A stretch of DNA of 64,000 nucleotides from Octopus vulgaris (lineage: Eukaryota): the NCBI GenBank assembly GCA_951406725.2, contig OX597833.1, forward strand, positions 45,694,001-45,758,000, written 5' to 3'. Of this stretch, positions 14,405 to 27,400 are shown piece after piece. Both the position numbers and the translations under genes were made by a program. The notes under the pieces were generated by a model that was not told the DNA's origin, ran no database searches, and saw only the letters and a program-made list of their open reading frames with translations. The stretch's first letter is position 1. Each line of letters opens with the position of its first letter.

Positions 14405-14699
14405 AGAGGGATGACTACTAAGTGGACATCCATTATGCTAGAATTCGAACCCCTATGGTCTTACCACATTGTTTTAAATTACCATATGGTTTTAAATTGA
14501 TATTAATCAAATTAATATTCAATTTTTCACCCTTATTATCTTAAATTTATACACAGACACACTCATGTATGTATGTATGTATGTATGTATGTATGTATGT
14601 ATGTATGTATGTATGTATGTATGTATGTATGTATGTATGTATGTATGTATGTATGTATGTATGTATGTATGTATCTGTCTCTTTGTGTCTGTTTGTTTC

Positions 14700-14885
14700 C
14701 CTATCACCGCTTGACAACCGGTGCTGGCGTGTTTACGTCCCCGAAATTTAGCGGTTCGACATAAGAGACCGATAGAATAAGTACCGGGCTTTAAAAAATG
14801 CGTCCTGGGGTCAACTGTTCGACAAAGGCGGTTGCTACAGCATGACTGCAATAGAATGACTTAAGCAAGAAAACGAATAAAAAAA
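14700..14885 (+). mobile_element. SINE family A 3' module
   Basis: cgcttgacaaccggtgctggcgtgtttacgtcccc...gaccgatagaataagtac...aaggcgg. Confidence 0.75.
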
Positions 14886-15077
14886 TAAATAAATAAAAGA
14901 TGCAACATTGGAGAACAACGTGGGTTTTACGATTTAAGCCAAAACCATAAAGCGCATCAACTTAGTCCGGCAGTTCTTTTATCCCACGTATGGCACGGGA
15001 GGAAAGGGGTGTAATTGAAAGAACTATTATGACGGATTTGGTTATTTAGCATCAAATAGTTAAAAATATTATGTATA

Positions 15078-15239
15078 GGCGCAGGAGTGGCTGTGTGGTA
15101 AGTAGCTTGCTAACCAACCACATGGTTCCGGGTTCAGTCCCACTGCGTGGCATCTTGGGCAAGTGTCTTCTGCTATAGCCCCAGGCCGACCAATGCCTTG
15201 TGAGTGGATTTGGTAGACGGAAACTGAAAGAAGCCTGTC

Positions 15240-15305
<66 letters not shown>

Positions 15306-15722
15306 TTGTGTGTCTGCTTGACAACCGATGCTGGTGTGTTTACGTCCCCGTCACTTAGCGGTTCGGCAAAATAGGTACTGGGCTTACAAAGAATAAGACC
15401 CGGGGTCGATTTTCTCGACTAAAGGCGGTGCTCCAGCATGGCCGCAGTCAAATGACTGAAACAAGTAAAAGAATAAAAGAGTAAAGAGAATGTATGTGTG
15501 TGTGTATATGTTTGTGTGTCTACCCAAACATCGCTTGACAACCGATGCTGGTGTGTTTACGTCCCCGAAAATTAGCGGTTCGGCAAAACAGACCGATAGA
15601 GTAAGTACTAGGCTTACAAAAGAATAAGTCCCGGGGTCGATATGCTCGACTAAAAACGGTGCTCCAGCATGGCCGCAGTCAAATGACGGAAACAAGTAAA
15701 ATGAGTAAAAGAGAAAAGAGTA
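15078..15722 (+). mobile_element. Full-length tRNA-derived SINE (family A) with internal microsatellite and tandemly duplicated 3' module
   Basis: A-box-like tggctgtgtggtaag, B-box-like gggttcagtccc and CORE-like cttgggcaagtg, followed by a (TA)n(TG)n spacer. The 3' module occurs twice (15315-15485 and 15528-15722). Confidence 0.8.
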
Positions 15723-15760
15723 GAGAGTGTGTGTGTGCGTGTTTGTGCTTGTGTGTGCTT

Positions 15761-15791
<31 letters not shown>

Positions 15792-16045
15792 CGTGCGTGT
15801 GTGTGTGCGTGTGTGCGTGTGTGCGTGTGTGTGTGCGCGCGCGCGTATTACAATTTCAGTTGCTCTGGTGCTGGAAATATATTTTGTAATATTAATTTTT
15901 TCAACGTTATCAGTTTTCCTGCGTTGACATTTCAAGGTCTCTTAGTACGGAGCCCCGTCAACATGAGACACATAGGTGGAAAGATGACAGATATATGATG
16001 TATATTTGCGTGTGCACAATATGTATATATATATATGTATGTGTA

Positions 16046-16103
<58 letters not shown>

Positions 16104-16121
16104 CATACACACACGCATATA

Positions 16122-17392
16122 TCAGGTCATCCCGTAAGTTCTGTCCGAATTTTGAATAAAGTAAATAAGTGATCAAATCTTATATTTAATTGAAATTTAA
16201 TCATCAATTTACTTTCCCTGATTATCAATGACTTCCTTCCATCTATTTACAAGCTTTTTAATCTCATCAATATAAAGCTCTTTTGGTTTCAATGCGAAGA
16301 AATCTGAAATGTCAGTTTCGACCTCCTCCTGGCTTGCGAAGGTTATGTCCCCCAAATGATTCTGTAAACTACGAAACAAATGGTAGTCTGAAGGAGCAAG
16401 ATCGGGAGAATAGGGTGGATGAGGAATTTTTCCCAACCAAGCTCTTCGATATTCTGTGATGTGATTTTTGCAGTGTGGGGTCGCGCATTGTCTTGATGAA
16501 ACATCACTCCTTTTCGATTCACTAAAGCGGGTCTTATTTTCTTCAAAGCTTGGTTCAAACGCTCTAATTGCTGACAGTAGACTTGAGCATTGATTGTTGC
16601 ATTAGGTGGTAACAATTCGAAGTGAATTACTCCTTTGCAATCTCACCAGATAGAGAGAAGAACCTTTTTCCCATGAAGTTCCCTTCTCGTTTGTGGTTGA
16701 GCTTTTTCCCTTTTACCAAGCCACTGTTTACGACGTTTAACATTTCGATACAAGATCCATTTTTCGTCACCAGTCACAAGTTTATCCAAAAAGGGTGAAA
16801 TGAATTCGCGAGTATGGAGAGGAGAGCAGATGTCAACTCGAGATTTGCGGTTACTTTTGCACAATTCATGAGGCACCCATTTTCCAAGTTTAGGAACCTT
16901 TCCAAGTTGTTGAAGATGACGATGTGTTCATCGTATGGTTTGAATTAAGCTTTATTACCAATTCTTCAACTGATAATGCAGGATTTTCTTCAAGTAATGC
17001 CTCAAGAAGCTTATCATCAAACTCAACTGGACGTCCTGTTCAATCCTCATTTTCAAGGCTGAAATCTCCACTTCTGAATCTTGCAAACCATCTTCAGCAA
17101 GTTCTTTCATTCAAGCATTCTTTCCCATAAACTGAGTGAATGCTTCGAGTCATTTCGTAGGCAGAGTTTCCTTTTGTACGCATAATGCTTTATTGCCTCA
17201 AATGCTCTTTGGATACTTCCACGTTTTAATCAAAGAAATTTTAATTCGATTATTCTGTAAATTAATATTTGATTAGTTTAAATGTACACAAATGCATAAA
17301 AATAATTTTTAATTCCATTAGACATTCTAAAATACTATTAAAGTTCATTCAATTTAAAAAAAGGTAAAATCGGACAGAACTTATGGGATGAC

Positions 17393-17396
<4 letters not shown>
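16122..17396 (-). mobile_element. Full-length (1275 bp) mariner transposon with disrupted DD34D transposase
   Basis: TIRs tcaggtcatcccgtaagttctgtccga and tcggacagaacttatgggatgacctga, flanked by TA on both sides. Motifs WVPHEL, LVTGDEKW, HQDNARPH and YSPDLAPSDYHLF lie in shifted frames, with internal stops. Confidence 0.95.
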
Positions 17397-17436
<40 letters not shown>

Positions 17437-17477
17437 CTCTCTCTCTTTTCTCCCTCTCTCTTTTTGTCACACACATG

Positions 17478-17591
<114 letters not shown>

Positions 17592-17594
17592 AAA

Positions 17595-17930
17595 GATGGC
17601 TCTGCGGCTAAGATGTTTGCTTCGTGACTATGTCGTTTCAAATTCAGTCCTACTAGTGTCTTCTGGTACAACCTCGGCCTATTTACGAGTGGATTTCGTA
17701 GATGGAAAGTGAGAGAAACCCGTCGTACACACACACATGTGTGTATGTATGTATGTATGTATGTATGTATGTATGTATGTATGTATGTATGTATGTATGT
17801 ATGCATGCATGTATGTAAGTATGTGTATGCGCGCGAGATGTGTATGCTTCTTTGTGTCTGTGTTAGTTCAACCGCAACCGCTTGACAACCGGTGTTGGCT
17901 TGTTTACATCCTCGAAGCGTAACGGGTTGC
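17595..17930 (+). mobile_element. Old SINE family A copy
   Basis: gagtggatttcgtagatggaaa...cccgtcgt, then a microsatellite, then cgcttgacaaccggtgttggcttgtttacatcc. Confidence 0.6.
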
Positions 17931-18417
17931 ATATATTTTGATAACGGAATAAGATATTCGAGAAATAATTGGGATTTTATTACTGGACTGGCTGTAATAC
18001 TTGGTAATATTCTAATTTGTGAATGAAAATACATAGAAAATAGAGCTAATGAAAGATAGCTTAAATTTGAAAGAAAACGAAACAGAAAGATCATGTTTAG
18101 CAAGAATTTTCATTTAAAGGGAAATAACTTAATGCAAACTTCAGACAAAATTCCTGTATGAGTTGTTTACCCTGTTAAAAAAAATATTAGCTGATTCTTC
18201 AACCTATCACAAAACTAGCAGAATATATTTCTCTTGCATAATAATCCTCACCACTTTTATTTTTACATTTGGGGAGGGGGGGGGGGTTATCTAAAGATTT
18301 TATTTTTTTTCCCACCTTTTATTTCTCTACTTCGTAACTTTTCCTCTCACCTACTACACTGTTTTCTTCAGTTTCTCCCATTATTTTCTCCCCTCTCACC
18401 TTTATCGCACTCACATC

Positions 18418-18498
18418 CACTAGCGTACCTACAGCAGACCCAAAAGTGTCGCGCGGGGTTCCGCCCCTACCGCCCCCCCACCCTTAGCTACGCTAGTG
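18418..18498. mobile_element. 81-bp hAT-type mini-MITE
   Basis: 13-bp TIRs cactagcgtacct and agctacgctagtg (1 mismatch). Perfect 8-bp TSD ctcacatc at 18410-18417 and 18499-18506. Confidence 0.85.
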
Positions 18499-18549
18499 CT
18501 CACATCTCATTCAATTCCACTTGCACTCCCAAACCGAACTCATTTCGTG

Positions 18550-19350
18550 GGGTAGAACTCTAGGGTATCGAATGGTATAAATTTGCATTTGGGTTTATCT
18601 TTTATTTTCTAAAACCATTCTATAGTGGCACTACTGCATATCCATTGAGCAATATTTGAGCGTGCTCTGATATGTCGTATAATATTATCTGATATGGATT
18701 TTATAATAATTCCTATTTCGCTTTTTGTGGGATTTATTACTCTACAGCTACGATTTTGCGTGAAGTTATGGTCTATAAAGGTTATAAAAGGATTTCGTGG
18801 GATAAGCTTTTCTACCTTGTCTTCTATTTTAAACTTTGTGGCTAAATTTTTACGTTAATCGAATCTACGTTAATTGAATCATAAGTGATGGGGTTCGTTT
18901 TTTTTTTTGTATGATTTAGTTATATTGTAGGTTAGTAATATGCTGTGTCTAGTTGTTTACTTCATAAATATTTTTAGTTTTATCTGCTTTAATAAAGATA
19001 TTTGTTGATGTTTTGAAAGGTTTAATGTATGTCTGTATTAAATGTGTTGAACTTGTTGGATTTTTGACTAAATTTTACATTTCTAACTAACTTTATAAGA
19101 TCGTTTTCAAATTTTTCTATGTCTTTAATATGATGTGGGTTTTTATAAGATCTAAAACTAATTGTCCTCTGCGCGAGGGCTTCACGTAAAAGTATCGAAA
19201 AAGTAGGCCTTCCATTTCATTCTCCTCGGAACATTTTCTGTTTTATCGATAAGTTGCTTGATGTATATTTTCCTTAGTGGAATAGGAAAATTTTTCAGTG
19301 GTGTCATTATTTCCTGTTTTGCTATTGTTTGTTTAGATTCTCTGTTCGTG
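18550..19350 (-). mobile_element. Penelope-like element remnant (N-terminal RT region)
   Basis: Hand translation (-): FENDLIKLVRNVKF...KNIYEV...CRVINPTKSEIGII...AQW...IEWF...KFIPFD..EFYP, with many stops. Confidence 0.65.
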
Positions 19351-19718
19351 TTTAGTGCCTGACCGGTGTTTGTTGACGCCGGAAGCTTCGATGCGTAAAT
19401 GTCAAACGATGAAAATGAGTTGTCAACACTGCATTGGTGGATATAATTTCTTTATTTGTGAATTAAGGCTACCATTTGTTTCATATTGAGGAAAGTAGAA
19501 AAATATCCTATTGTCTTAACAATTTTTCAAGCCGAACCACATGGAGGAAGGTGTTCACCTCCATTTTGGAAAACACAGCCTCGTTTAATTCGCGGAGATT
19601 CTCGTGAAGTCACATCAATAAAACAATGGGTGGCATTTTTTCAATGTTTTTCTCCCTTGGATTTGTCATTTGGGCAAATTGTTGTGTGGTCAATGTGTTT
19701 GTATTATTTTGTTTCTAT

Positions 19719-19882
19719 GACGGGCTTCTTTCAGTTTTCGGTAACCAAATCCACTCACAAGGCTTTATCGGCCTGAGGCTACAGTAGTAGAAGACACTTT
19801 CCCAAGGTACCACACAGTGGGACTGAACTCCGAACCATGTGGCTGCGAAGCAAACTTCTTACCACACATCCACGCCTGTGTC
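19719..19882 (-). mobile_element. SINE family A 5' module
   Basis: Reverse complement of the 15078 head: gacgggcttctttcagtt...aaatccactcacaagg...gggactgaac...cttaccacac. Confidence 0.75.
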
Positions 19883-20029
19883 TATGACTAATACTTGGCT
19901 ACTTCATACAAATTATGGGGCTGAGGCAGTAGCTTATTCTAGAACTACTCCTTTAGCTAATCCCAAGTCGCTGCAAAACACGTAAGATACTACGAAAAAT
20001 CAATAAAAGACACCTGCTAACGTACCTAA

Positions 20030-20520
20030 GATACAGGCAGTGGTGAGCGGTTTTACGGAGAGAAAATCGCTTACTATGTATTTCAACGCAATAAGCATTG
20101 TTTTTGTTGTCGCCTGTCGCAACTGGAAGCAAAACGAAAGAATTTTCAGTTTTGTGAGCCGCGGGGTGTCAACTCTTCTGAGAAATGGTGCCTACAAGGT
20201 GGGGGTAATGACTCTACCGAATGTAGATTTTGGTCAAGGTGTCAGCAAAAATTTTGACGCTTGTTGGTGGTTTGGTCGAGAAAGAGCAAACGGATGATCC
20301 CGAACTGATCTATTTACGATAACCTGCATCTTATGCGATACGTAAGAGAGCGAATGGGTAAAAAAAAAACCTTGATTGCGAGAGCCTGATCAATTTAGAT
20401 GAATCGAAAGTTTTTGATAAAGTCGGCAATCTTTACTTGACAGCTTTCCTTAAAGCAGCAATTTTCGGAAGCTGAATCGCAGCAGTGTACAGTGGCCTCT
20501 GATCGTTGGTCAGGACCGGT
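20030..20520 (+). mobile_element. L1/Tx1-type LINE reverse transcriptase remnant
   Basis: Decayed frame reading LINLDESKVFDKVGNLYLTAFLKAAIFG, compared with the L1/Tx1 LD.xKAFDRV motif. It is preceded by GVSTLL.. and ..KIL.. fragments. Confidence 0.55.
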
Positions 20521-21255
20521 TCATATCATGAACCTAAAAGATAAACATATATAGGAAATACCTAGATGTGGAGTAAAAACAGGATAGTATTATTATGACA
20601 TCATACGCGAAATTAGCGATGGTGCTTAGTTTATGCATTTCTTTTTCTGCTTTTTAAAAAATTTTCTTTTTTTCAAATTTGGTCTCTGCGACGTGGTACA
20701 GTGAACATAACTAATTTTACAACACGTTATCCCAAGTACAGTAGTAACATCACATATTCTGGTGATGTGCAAATTGTAGTGGAGTCTCAGCGCGCCTCTT
20801 GCTAATCGTGAAAATTGCTATCATATTCCCATCTTTTTTCTCCCCGACTTTCGCTACATTTGCCACAATGTTGCAAATCTCTTTTCAGACATATCGTCGT
20901 TGGGGGTCGACGTAATTATGGCATCAAAAGCGACAAAGTCAACATCAAAGTCTCTGAATCAAACATTGGAAATTTGAGAAATAAATAAGCTACATACAAT
21001 AAATATCTGTTAACAACAGACGTGATGTGCGTGAAACTTTATTGATCGCTGTAAAATGATCAAAATGTTCATGTTACAACCATCTTTCATTCCTATGCAC
21101 CTGTGCCAAAAATAACAGCATGTCACCATAACTTAATTTTCCTTCTCTTTTTTTTTTTTTTGTTTTTTTTTTTTGATTATTTGGTTTTTACCCTCCCAAA
21201 ATCGCAATATAAATTAAAAGTGTCAACAACTGCTTTGGTTTGTTTTTCGTTTCTT

Positions 21256-21388
21256 TCATCTCTTATTTTTCACATCTCTTATTTTTTCACATCTCTTAAT
21301 TTTCACATCTCTTATTTTTCACATCTCTTATTTTTCACATCTCTTATTTTTCACATCTCTTATTTTTCACATCTCTTATTTTTCACAT
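21256..21388. repeat. Minisatellite (cacatctcttattttt-type unit, 16-18 bp, ~8 copies)
   Basis: Tandem copies are directly visible and abut the left end of the large array. Confidence 0.9.
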
Positions 21389-21403
21389 ATATATATATAT
21401 ATA

Positions 21404-24400
21404 TCATTTTCTGTTGCACGCTGAGCTGCCGTTCGTTGTTGGCTATATGCACGGCGTACATTTCTTTGACATTAGTTTTCTGTTGCACGCTGACCTGCCT
21501 TTCTTTGTTGGCTATCTGCACGTCGTGTCTTTGGCTGTAAGTTTCTGTTGCACGTCGAGCTGCCGTTTTTGTTGGCTAACTAGACGTCGTGCATTTCTTT
21601 GGCATTTATTTTCTGTTGCACGAGGACCTGACTTTCTTTGTTGGCTATCTGCACGTCGTGCATTACTTTGACTTTCATTTTCTGTTGCACAACAAGCTGC
21701 CCTTCTTTGTTGGCTATTTACACGTAGTGAATTCCTTTGATTTTCATTTTCTGTTGCACACCGAGCTGCCTTTCTTTGTTGGCTATCTACACCTCGTGCA
21801 TTACTTTGAATTTCATTTTCTGCTGCAAGTCTATTTGCCTTTGTTGGCTATCTACACATCGTGTATTACTTTGGCTTTATTTCCTGTTTCACATCGAGCT
21901 GCCGTTCTTTGTTGGCTATCTACACGTCATGCATTCCATTGATTTTCATTTTCTGTTGCACGCTGAGCTGCTGTTCGTTGTTGGCTATCTACACGGCGTG
22001 CATTTCTTTGGCATTCGTTTTCTGTTGCACGCTTACCTGCCTTTCTTCCTTTGTTGGCTATCTACAAGACGTGCATTACTTTGACTTTAATTTTCTGTTG
22101 CACGAGGAGTTGCAGTTCATTTTTGGCTATCTACACGTCGTGCATTCCATTGATTTTCATTTTCTCTTGCACGCTGAGCTGCCGTTCGTTTTTGGCAATC
22201 TACACGGCGTGCATTTCTTTGCCATTCATTTTTTGTTGCACGCTGACCTGCCTTTCTTTGTTGGCTATAAACACGTTGTGCAAAACTTTGACTTTCATTT
22301 TCTGTTGCACGAAAAGCTGCTGTTCTTTGTTGGCTATCTACACGACGTGTATTTCTTTGATTTTCATTTTCTGTAGCACGAGGATATGCCATTGATTGTT
22401 GGCTATCTACACGATGTGCATTCCTTTGATTTTCATTTTCTGTTGCACGCCGAGCTACCGTACGTTGTTGGCTATGTACATGTCGTGCATTTCTTTGGCT
22501 TTCATTTCCTGCTGCACGTCGAGCTGCCGTTCTTTTTTTACTATCTACACGTCGTGCATTTCTTTGGCATTCATTTTCTGTTGCACGAGAGTCTGCTGTT
22601 CTTTGTTGGCTATCTACACGACGTGCATTCCTTTCATTTTCATTTTCTGTAGACGAGGAGTTGCCGTTCATTGTTGGCTATCTACACGTGGTGCATTCCT
22701 TTGATTTTCATTGTCTGTTGCACGACGTGCTTCATTCTTTGTTGGCTATCAACACGACGTGCATTCCTTGCATTTTCATTTTCTGTAGCACGAGGAGTTG
22801 CTGTTCATTTTTGGATATCTACACGTCGTGAATTCCTTTGATTTTCAATTTTGTTGCACGCTGAGCTGCCGTTCGTTCTTGGCTATCTACACGGCGTGCA
22901 TTTCTTTGTTGGCTATCTACACGGCATGCATTTATTTGACTTCCATTTTGTGTTGCACGGTGACCTGCCTTTCTTTGCCTTCTATCTACACGGCGTGCAT
23001 TTCTTTGGCATTCGCTTCCTGTTGCACGATGACCTGCCTTTCTTTGTTTGGTATCTACACGGCGTGCATTTCTTTGGCATTGATTTTCTGTTGCACGCTA
23101 GCCTGCCTTTTCTTCGTCGGCTATCTACACTTTGACTTTCATTTTCTGTAGCACGAGCAGATGCTGTTCATTTTTGGCTACATACACGTCGTGCAATCCA
23201 TTGATTTTCATTTTCTATTGGACGCTAAGCTGCCGTTCTTTGTTGGCTATCTACACGACGTGCATTCCTGTGATTTTCATTTTCTATAGCACGAGGAGTT
23301 GCTGTTCATTGTTGGCTATCTACACGTCGTGCACTCTTTTAATTTTCATTATCTGCTGCAAGTCGAGATGCCGTTCTTCGTTGGCTATCTACATGTCGTG
23401 CATTTCTTTGGCTTTCACTTCCTACTACACGTCGAGCTGCCGTTCTTTGTTGGCTAACAACACGGTGTGCATTTCTTTGGCATTCATTTTCTGTTGCACT
23501 GTGACCTGCCGTTCTTTGTTGACTATCAACACGTCGTGCATTACTTTGACATTCATTTTCTGCTGCACAACAAGCTGCTGTACTTTGTTGGCTATCTACA
23601 CGCCGTGCATTCCATTGATTTTCATTTTCTGTTGCACGCTGAGCTGCCGTTCGTTGTTGGCTATATACACGGCGTGCTTTTCTTTGGCATTAGTTTTCTG
23701 TTGCACGATGACCTGACTTTCTTTGTTGGCTATCTACACGACATGCATTCCTTTGATTTTCATTTTCTGTAGCACGAGGAGTTGCTGTTCATTTTTGGAT
23801 ATCTACACGTCGTGAATTACTTTGATTTTTAATTTTGTTGCACGCTGAGCTGCCCTTCGTTCTTGGCTATCTACACGGCGTGCATTTCATTGGCATTCAT
23901 TTTCTGTAATACGCCGAACTGCCTTTCTTTGTCGGCTATCTACTCGTCGTTTATTCCTTTGATTTTCATTTTCTGTTGCACGCTGAGCTGCCGTTCATTA
24001 TTGGCTATCTACACGGCGTGCATTTTTTTGGCATTCATTTCCTGTAGTACGCTGAACTACCTTTCTTATTTGGCTATCTACACGACGTGCATTTATTTGG
24101 CATTATTTTTCTGTTGCACGATGAATTGCCTTTCTTTGTTGGCAATCTACACGGCATGCATATATTTGACTTTCACTTTGTGTTGCACGGTGACCTGCCT
24201 TTCTTTGCCTGCTATCTACACGGCGTGCATTTCTTTGGCATTCGCTTCCTGTTGCACTATGACCTGCCTTTCTTTGTTGGCTATTTACACGACGTGCATT
24301 TCTTTGGCATTGATTTTCTGTTGCACGCTAGCCTGCCTTTTCTTCGTTGGCTATCTACACGTCGTGCAATACTTTGACTTTCATTTTCTGTTGCACGAGG

Positions 24401-27400
24401 AGTAGCCGTTCATTGTTGGCTATCTACACGTCGTGCACTCTTTTGGTTTTCATTTTCTGCTCCAAGTACAGCTGCAGTTCATCGTTGGCTATCTACACGT
24501 CGTGCATTTCTTTGGCATTCATGTTCTGGTGCACGCTGACCAGCCTTTCTTTGTTGGCTATCTACACGTTGTGCAATACTTTGACTTCCATTTTCTGTTG
24601 CACGACAAGATGCTGTTCATTTTTGGCTATCTACACGTCTGTCATTGCTTTGATTTTCATTTTCTGTAGCACGCTCAGCTGCCGTTCATTATTGGTTATC
24701 TACACGGCGTGCATTTCTTTGGCAAACATTTTTTGTTGCACGACGTGCTTCAGTTTTTGTTGGCTATCTACACGGCGTGCATTTCTTTGGCAAATATTTT
24801 TTGTTGCACGACGTGCTTCAGTTCTTTATTGGCTCTCTACACGACGTAAATTCTTTTGATTTTCATTTTCTGTAGCACGCTGAGCTGCCGTTCATTATTG
24901 GTTATCTACACGGCGTGCATTCTATTGGCATTCATATCCTGTAGTACGCTGAACAACCTTTCTTTGTTGGCTATCTACACGTCCGTCGTGCAATACTTTG
25001 ACGTCCATTTTCTGTTGCACGACAAGATGCTGTTCATTTTTGGCTATATGCACGTCTAGCTATACTTTGACTTTCCTGTTCTCTTACACGACAAGCTGCT
25101 GTTCTTTGTTGGGTATCTACACGACGTGCATTTCTTCGGCAAACATCTTTTGTTGCACGACGTGCTTTAGTTCTTTATTCGCTATCTACACGACGTGAAT
25201 TCCTTTGAATTTCATTTTCTGTAGCATGCTGAGCTGCCGTTCATTATTGGTTATCTACACGGCGTGCATATCTGTGGCAAACATCTTTTGTTGCACGACG
25301 TGCTTCAGTTCTTTATTGGCTATCTACACGGCGTGCATTTCTTCGGCAAACATTTTTTATGGCACGACGTGCTTCAGTTATTTATTGGCTATCTACACGA
25401 CGTGAATTCCTTTGAATTTCATTTTCTGTAGCACGCTGAGCTGCCGTTCATTATTGGTTATCGACACGGCGTGCATTTCTTTGGCATTCATATCCTGTAG
25501 TTCGCTGAAAAACCTTTTTGTGTTGGCTATCTACACGGCGTGCATTTATTTGGCATTAGTTTTCTGTTGCTCGATGTATTGCCTTTCTTTGATGGCTATC
25601 TACACGACGTTGATTTCTTTGAATTTCATTTTCTGTAGCATGCTGAGCTGCCATTCATTATTGGTTATCTACACGGCATGCAATTCCTTGGCAAACATTT
25701 TTTGTTGCACGACGTGCTTCAGATCTTTGTTGGTTATCTACACGGCGTGCATTACTTTAGCAAACATTTTGTGTTGCACGAGTTGCTTCAGTTCTTTATT
25801 GGCTATCTACACGGCGTGCATTTCTTTGGCAAACATTTTTTGTCGCACGACGTGCTTCAGCTCTTTATTGGCTATCTACACGACGGGAATTCCTTCGATT
25901 TTCATTTTCTGTAGCACGCTCAGCTGCCGTTCATTATTGGTTATCTACACGGTGTGCATTTCTTTGGCAAACATTTTTTGTTGCACGAGGTGCTTCAGTT
26001 CTTTGTTGGCTATCTACACGGCGTGCATTTCTTTGGCAAATATCTTTTGTTGCACGAGTTGCTTCAGTTCTTTATTGGCTATCTACACGGCGTGCATTTC
26101 TTTGGCAAACATTTTTTGTTGCACGACGTGCTTCAGTTCTTTATTGGCTATCTACATGACATGAATTCCTTTGATTTTCATTTTCTGTAGCTGCTGAGCA
26201 ACCGTTCATTATTGGTTATCTACACGGCGTGCATTTCTTTGGCTAACATTTTTTGTTGCACGAGGTGCTTCAGTTCATTTTTGGCTATCTACACGGCGTG
26301 CATTTCTTTGGTAATCATTTTTTGTTGCACGAGGTGCTTCAGTTCTTTATTGGCTATCTACACGGCGTGCATTTCCTTGGCAAACATTTTTTGTTGCACG
26401 AGGTGCTTCAGTTCTTTAGTGGCTATCTACACGTCGTGAATTCCTTCGATTTTCATTTTCTCAGCTGCCGTTCATAATTGGTTATCTACACGGCGTGCAT
26501 TTCTTTGGCAAACATTTTTTGTTGCACAACGTGCTTCAGTTCTTTATTGGCTATCTACACGACGTGAATTCTTTTGATTTTCATTTTCTGTAGCACGCTG
26601 AGCTGCTGTTCATTATTGGTTATCTACACGGCGTGCATTTCCTTGGCATTCATATCCTGTAGTACGCTGAACAACCTTTCTTTGTTGGCTATCTACACGT
26701 CGTGCAATACTTTGACGTCCATTTTCTGTTGCACGACAAGATGCTGTTCATTTTTGGCTATATGCACGTCTTGCTATACTTTGACTTTCCTGTTCTCTTA
26801 CACAAGCTGCTGTTATTTGTTGGGTATCTACACGACATGCATTTCTTCGACAAACATCTTTTGTTGCACGACGTGCTTTAGTTCTTTATTGGCTATCTAC
26901 ACGACGTGAATTCCTTTGAATTTCATTTTCTGTAGCATGCTGAGCTGCCGTTCATTATTGGTTATCTACACGGCGTGCATATCTGTGGCAAACATTTTTT
27001 GTTGCACGACGTGCTTCAGTTCTTTGATGGCTATCTACACGGCGTGCATTTCTTTGGCAAACATCTTTTGTTGCACGACGTGCTTCAGTTCTTTATTGGC
27101 TATCTACACGGCGTGCATTTCTTCGGCAAACATTTTTTATGGCACGACGTGCTTCAGTTATTTATTGGTTATCTACACGACGTGAATTCCTTTGAATTTC
27201 ATTTTCTGTAGCACGCTGAGCAGCCGTTCATTATTGGTTATCGACACGGCGTGCATTTCTTTGGCAAACATCTTTTGTTGCACGACGTGCTTCAGTTTTT
27301 ATTGGCTATCTACACGGTGTGCATTTCTTTGGCAAACATTTTTTGTTGCACGACGTGCTTCAGTACTTTATTGGCTATCTACACGACGTGAATTCCTTTG

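Noticed and set aside
20600-21250. Helitron Rep/helicase continuation downstream of the STPR-like array
   Set aside because: I could not recognise zinc-finger, HUH Rep or PIF1 motifs, or a hairpin-CTAG end, so the Helitron origin of the array is unproven.
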